64,000 nucleotides of DNA from Octopus bimaculoides (taxonomy: Eukaryota), in NCBI RefSeq assembly GCF_001194135.2, contig NC_069000.1, positions 43,988,851 through 44,052,850 of the forward strand, given 5' to 3'. The translations under genes and the position numbers were made by a program. How positions within the stretch are numbered: position 1 is the stretch's first letter; each line of letters opens with the position of its first letter. A model generated the notes under the pieces. It was not told where the DNA came from, ran no database searches, and was given only the letters and a program-made list of their open reading frames with translations. Shown here in pieces: positions 60,401 to 64,000 of the stretch.

Positions 60401-62226
60401 GTGGGAGGGTGTATGTGATAATGAGGTATGTGTGATAGAGAGATGGTGTGTGTGTGAGACAGTAAAAAAGAATGCATATGCATGAGAGAGAGGGGAGGAG
60501 AGGGAGTATACAAAGGAGTGTGTGAGGCTATGATGGATGGGTAGGTGAGTTGATGGGGAGTAATTACACTGGCATGGCACATATGAAGTGAGGAGTTGAC
60601 CACTGAAGTCCAAGATAAAAGACTTCCACATGCTGGCAGAAGTATGCATGTTCCAGGGGCAGAAAACTAAGGAAGTGATACGGTTAGATCTCAGGATGTT
60701 GGGACTCACAGATAGGATGGCACAGGATCAAACCCAAGTGATAATTTGGCTTTAATCCTATGTCCCATCCAGCATCCATATCATCATCATTAAACATCCG
60801 TTTCCATGTGGCCTGAGTTGGATGGTTTGACAGGAGATGGCCAGCAGGAGAGCTGCACCAGGCCCCAGTTGTCAGCTTTGGCATGGTTTCTATAGCCAGA
60901 TGCCCTTTCTAACACCAATCGTTCTACAGAGTGTACTGGGTGCTTTTTACGATGCTAAAAATTCATATTATTCAAAACTCTAGTTGTCAATGGGGTCAAA
61001 AGTGAAACAAGTAAAACAGAAGAAAAAATAAAAGAAAAATTACTGGATGGCCTAATACCCAGGTACACAGCCCAGTCTGTCGGTGCTAGACCTGTCTGCA
61101 AGAGGTTCAGTTTAGTATCCATTCTACCAATCCCTTTTTGATCAACTGCTGAGTTAGAAGAATGTCTCCAAACTGACATTAACCCTTTCGTTACTATATT
61201 TATTTTGAGATGCTCTGTGTTTCTTTCAATTAATTTTAAATATAACAAAGAATTTAGTAAAATAACTTAGTTATCATTCAGCTAGTTTTAGGAACATAAA
61301 TTGTGACTAAGGTTTGGTGGAAGATGTTAATTGAAAATTTATGGAAACAAGACATTTGTACTCAGAGCCAGAGGCGGTTTCAGACGGGTTGGCCACGAAA
61401 GGGTTGAATGCCAAGCAGTGAGACTGGTTGCAGAGTGGAAAAGTCTGCTCATTTAGGGCTGACCTGTGGCTAAACAACTCCTATAAGAAGAAGAACAAGA
61501 ACAAGGGGTGATTCACCTGGCAGGATGTTTCAGTTTTGTTGGAGGAGTTGACACAATAATAGAGCGATGCCTCCCTGAAGAAGAAATAAAAAATAACATT
61601 AAAATACATCAGAATTCACTAAATTTATTTTAGTGTGTGACTGAACGTTTACATAGGCAAGATTATTTTGGCCGGATATGGCCGGTTTAAATGCTAAAGG
61701 GTTAAGCCTTGTCAGTTGACATCTTAGGGGTCTCTTATGCTACAGTGGCTTTAAGCCTTGCTTGGGAGAAAATTTAGGGGAAAAAAAAGCAACTCTGAAT
61801 AGAAACCAACAGAGTAGAAGAAGAGCTTAAGTCCTGACTGAGACACAAAGCTTTAGTCAACCTGTGGTTATAGTGGAAAAGTTTTACCCAAAGCGCCACA
61901 GAATGGGATTGAACCCAAAATCAAATGATTGGGAAGCAAGCTTTAGAAAATGGAACAGAAAAAAAAAAAAAAAAGCAAGGAACAAAAATTAAATCAAGAA
62001 CAGAAGGAAATAAACAAAACAAAAAAGAAAACAAGAAAAATAGGTGCTTACTTGTCAAAGACATTTTCAGAATCGGTCAACCTCTCTGAAATCTGTTGCT
62101 GTAAACAGTTGAATACTGACATCTGTTTCTTGGACTGAGCAGAAAATTGGGACAAGAGGACTGACTTCTTTTTCAGATTGAACAATTTGGCATTGGCATC
62201 GGACAGAGTGGCATCTGGCAAAGTAG

Positions 62227-62259
<33 letters not shown>

Positions 62260-62509
62260 GATAAAAACTATATATGTATTGGGTTGGTGCATAATCATTG
62301 AGGCTTTTTTTCAACAAAAACAATAACAATATTTAACAAAAACATCTTTAAATGATTATTCTGACCGGTTGCTAAGCAAATGGGAAGCAGTAATTGAAGT
62401 AGATGGTGAATATGCTCCGGGATAATCATTTAAAGATGTTTTTGTTAAATGTTGTTATTGTTTTTGTTGAATAAAATTTGTTGAAAAAAGCCGCAATAAN
62501 NNNNNNNNN

Positions 62510-62549
<40 letters not shown>

Positions 62550-63885
62550 GGTAGGTACAAGGCATGAGATTGTGGAGGGGAGGCTAGTTGATTATGCCGA
62601 GCCCCATGCTCAAATGGACCTTAATTTTATTGACCCTAAAAGGATAAAAGGCAAAATTGACCTCAGCAGAATTTGAACAAGAATAATAATTCTTTGTACA
62701 ATAGGCACAAAACCAGAAATCTGGTGAGAGACTGGAAACATGCACCAATGGAGAGATCAGAAACTGTCTTAGTGACAAGAACACCAGCATCTCTCTCTCA
62801 AAATATAATGCCATTCTAAAAATAAACATTCACATCATCAAAATTTAAAAAGCTATTATGTAATCCATAATTAATTCAAAACAAAGTGAATCAATAACCT
62901 CTGCGTTTGACAGAGAAATCTGAATGCTAAAAGGTTAAGGAATCTTAACAAGCACAACATTTCTTCTCACCTGACTCAAAGAGTTCCTCCTCTAATTGCT
63001 TCACATCTGTCTCCAAATATCTAATCTCCTGTTTCAGTTTTTCAATCTTTTTCTTCTTCTTCCCATTCTCTTCATTAAGGGCAATGAGCTGCTGCTCCTC
63101 TTCACATCTTTGGCATTTTGTTAGGGAAGACAACAAGTTTTAAAGAGGTAAACACAGAGACCCTTTATGATTGAGAGGGCTGTTATAAATGGCACCAAAT
63201 CTACCTCAAATCATATCCTACTGTGTTAAGAACACATTGGATAATGTAGCCCTAGATACATTATTTCCATAAAAACAAAATATGTATATACTTTAAGCAT
63301 GACACACAGCTTGCTATTTTTAACTAATACTGCTTGTCACTCACAACAATCAGTGAAGATGTTTAACATATCACAAGAAGGGGTTTCAGAAAAGGATACA
63401 GACTTAAGTTCCCTCGTATCTTACTCAGCTTTCTGAAAATAGCAAAAAAAAAACAATCATATATTACAATACAAGATGATGGTGATGATGATGGTGGTGA
63501 TGACGATGATGATAGTGGTAGTGATGATAGTGAGGAAGATGCTGATGATGATGACGACAACGATGAGGGTGATGATGATGATGGTGATGATGATGACAAC
63601 AACAATAATGATACACTGATACAGTCAGACAAGTCCCCTCATCTTAGTTGTTAAAGCCACAACATCACCAGACATAACAGGCACCCAATGAAGGCCAGAG
63701 GGTCCGACAGCCAAAACATGGCAACTCCATTCGCTGAGACGAGGACATTAGTGACAATTTAACAGTTTGTTGTATGAGAAGAACCATAAACAAAATTATC
63801 AAGAAATTCCCCGACTTACCTGGTGGAAGCAACGTTTTCAATAACATATTTCCACACCTTTGCATTATTCCCTCCCATCGTTAAC
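50911..63885 (-). CDS. HAUS5: HAUS augmin-like complex subunit 5 (5' end beyond window)
   Basis: Exons (- strand): 63820-63885, 63400-63432, 62971-63107, 62052-62214, 61517-61574, 60191-60261, 59607-59789, 59241-59319, 58636-58793, 57735-57897, 56664-56744, 55252-55397, 53420-53534, 52518-52659, 52067->=52147 (start in gap), 50911-51040. N-terminal VWKYVIENVASTRKLSKIRGNL and C-terminal WETQPAQHAVPWVKVNGLTFDQWMERW resemble HAUS5 (recalled: IWAYILQHV...KKIRGNL; WWEQPGQ...GLSLPQWRLRW). Central LSINQL...FPMFKAPE; coiled-coil rich. Confidence 0.88.
52700..53080 (-). mobile_element. Dispersed repeat family C ending in (CAT)n/(GAT)n (representative copy)
   Basis: catcatcatttaacgtc.gttttccatgctggcatgggttggacggtttgac...gatgcccttcctaa recurs at about 33530-33620, 44260-44430, 51100-51240, 51660-51830, 55430-55600, 60780-60950. 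Confidence 0.7.
54497..54771. mobile_element. hAT-family MITE with 8-bp TSD
   Basis: TIRs caggggttttcaaact / agtttgaaaacccctg; flanks atctaaag (54489-54496) and atctacag (54772-54779), one mismatch. Confidence 0.85.
57355..57575. repeat. (GAT/GGT)n tract
   Basis: Direct inspection; within a HAUS5 intron. Confidence 0.9.
62277..62499. mobile_element. mariner-derived MITE (two transposon 3' ends)
   Basis: Same TIR as 7741-7945; internal WEAVIEVDGEYAP remnant; both sides carry aacaaaaacatctttaaatgattat. Confidence 0.75.
63108..63399 (-). other. U12-type (minor spliceosome) GT-AG intron of HAUS5
   Basis: 5' splice site GTATCCTTTT; branch motif TTCCCTAAC about 12 nt before the AG; no polypyrimidine tract; splicing here keeps the frame (phase 2). 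Confidence 0.8.
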
Positions 63886-64000
63886 CTGGAGAAGAAAGAC
63901 AAAAAAAAAAAAAGCATTTTAACATCCATCATTATTCTACAACAACAACAGTAGCAGTAGTATTAGTAGCAGTACAGCAATAGTAGTAGTAGTAGTAGCA

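Noticed and set aside
63640-63735. - strand open segment EWSCHVLAVGPSGLHW... after exon 63820-63885
   Set aside because: Ends in a stop without a convincing donor. The KIRGNL exon follows directly in phase; at most a poison exon.

Overview
AT-rich, microsatellite- and SINE-dense eukaryotic scaffold with many N gaps; the repeat landscape suggests a coleoid cephalopod, probably Octopus (inference). Two multi-exon genes could be rebuilt by hand with consistent splice phases. (1) A + strand gene (ATG 17228, at least 26 coding exons, about 1140 aa up to the gap at 49431) encodes signal peptide, three YWTD beta-propellers with two EGF modules, one Sushi/CCP domain and a C-terminal glycine-rich domain. 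No LDL-A repeats or transmembrane helix are visible, which is an unusual architecture. (2) A convergent - strand HAUS5 (augmin subunit 5) ortholog (16 exons seen, 5' end outside the window) contains a U12-type intron. An orphan Ig-like, possibly membrane-anchored ORF lies at 221..946. Introns and intergenic DNA hold mariner, hAT and piggyBac-like MITEs, R4-like and RTE LINE fragments and tRNA-derived SINEs. One dispersed family couples a tRNA-like head to a tail carrying a minimal type I hammerhead ribozyme of the Penelope-like kind. All coordinates were counted manually; repeat boundaries are approximate.
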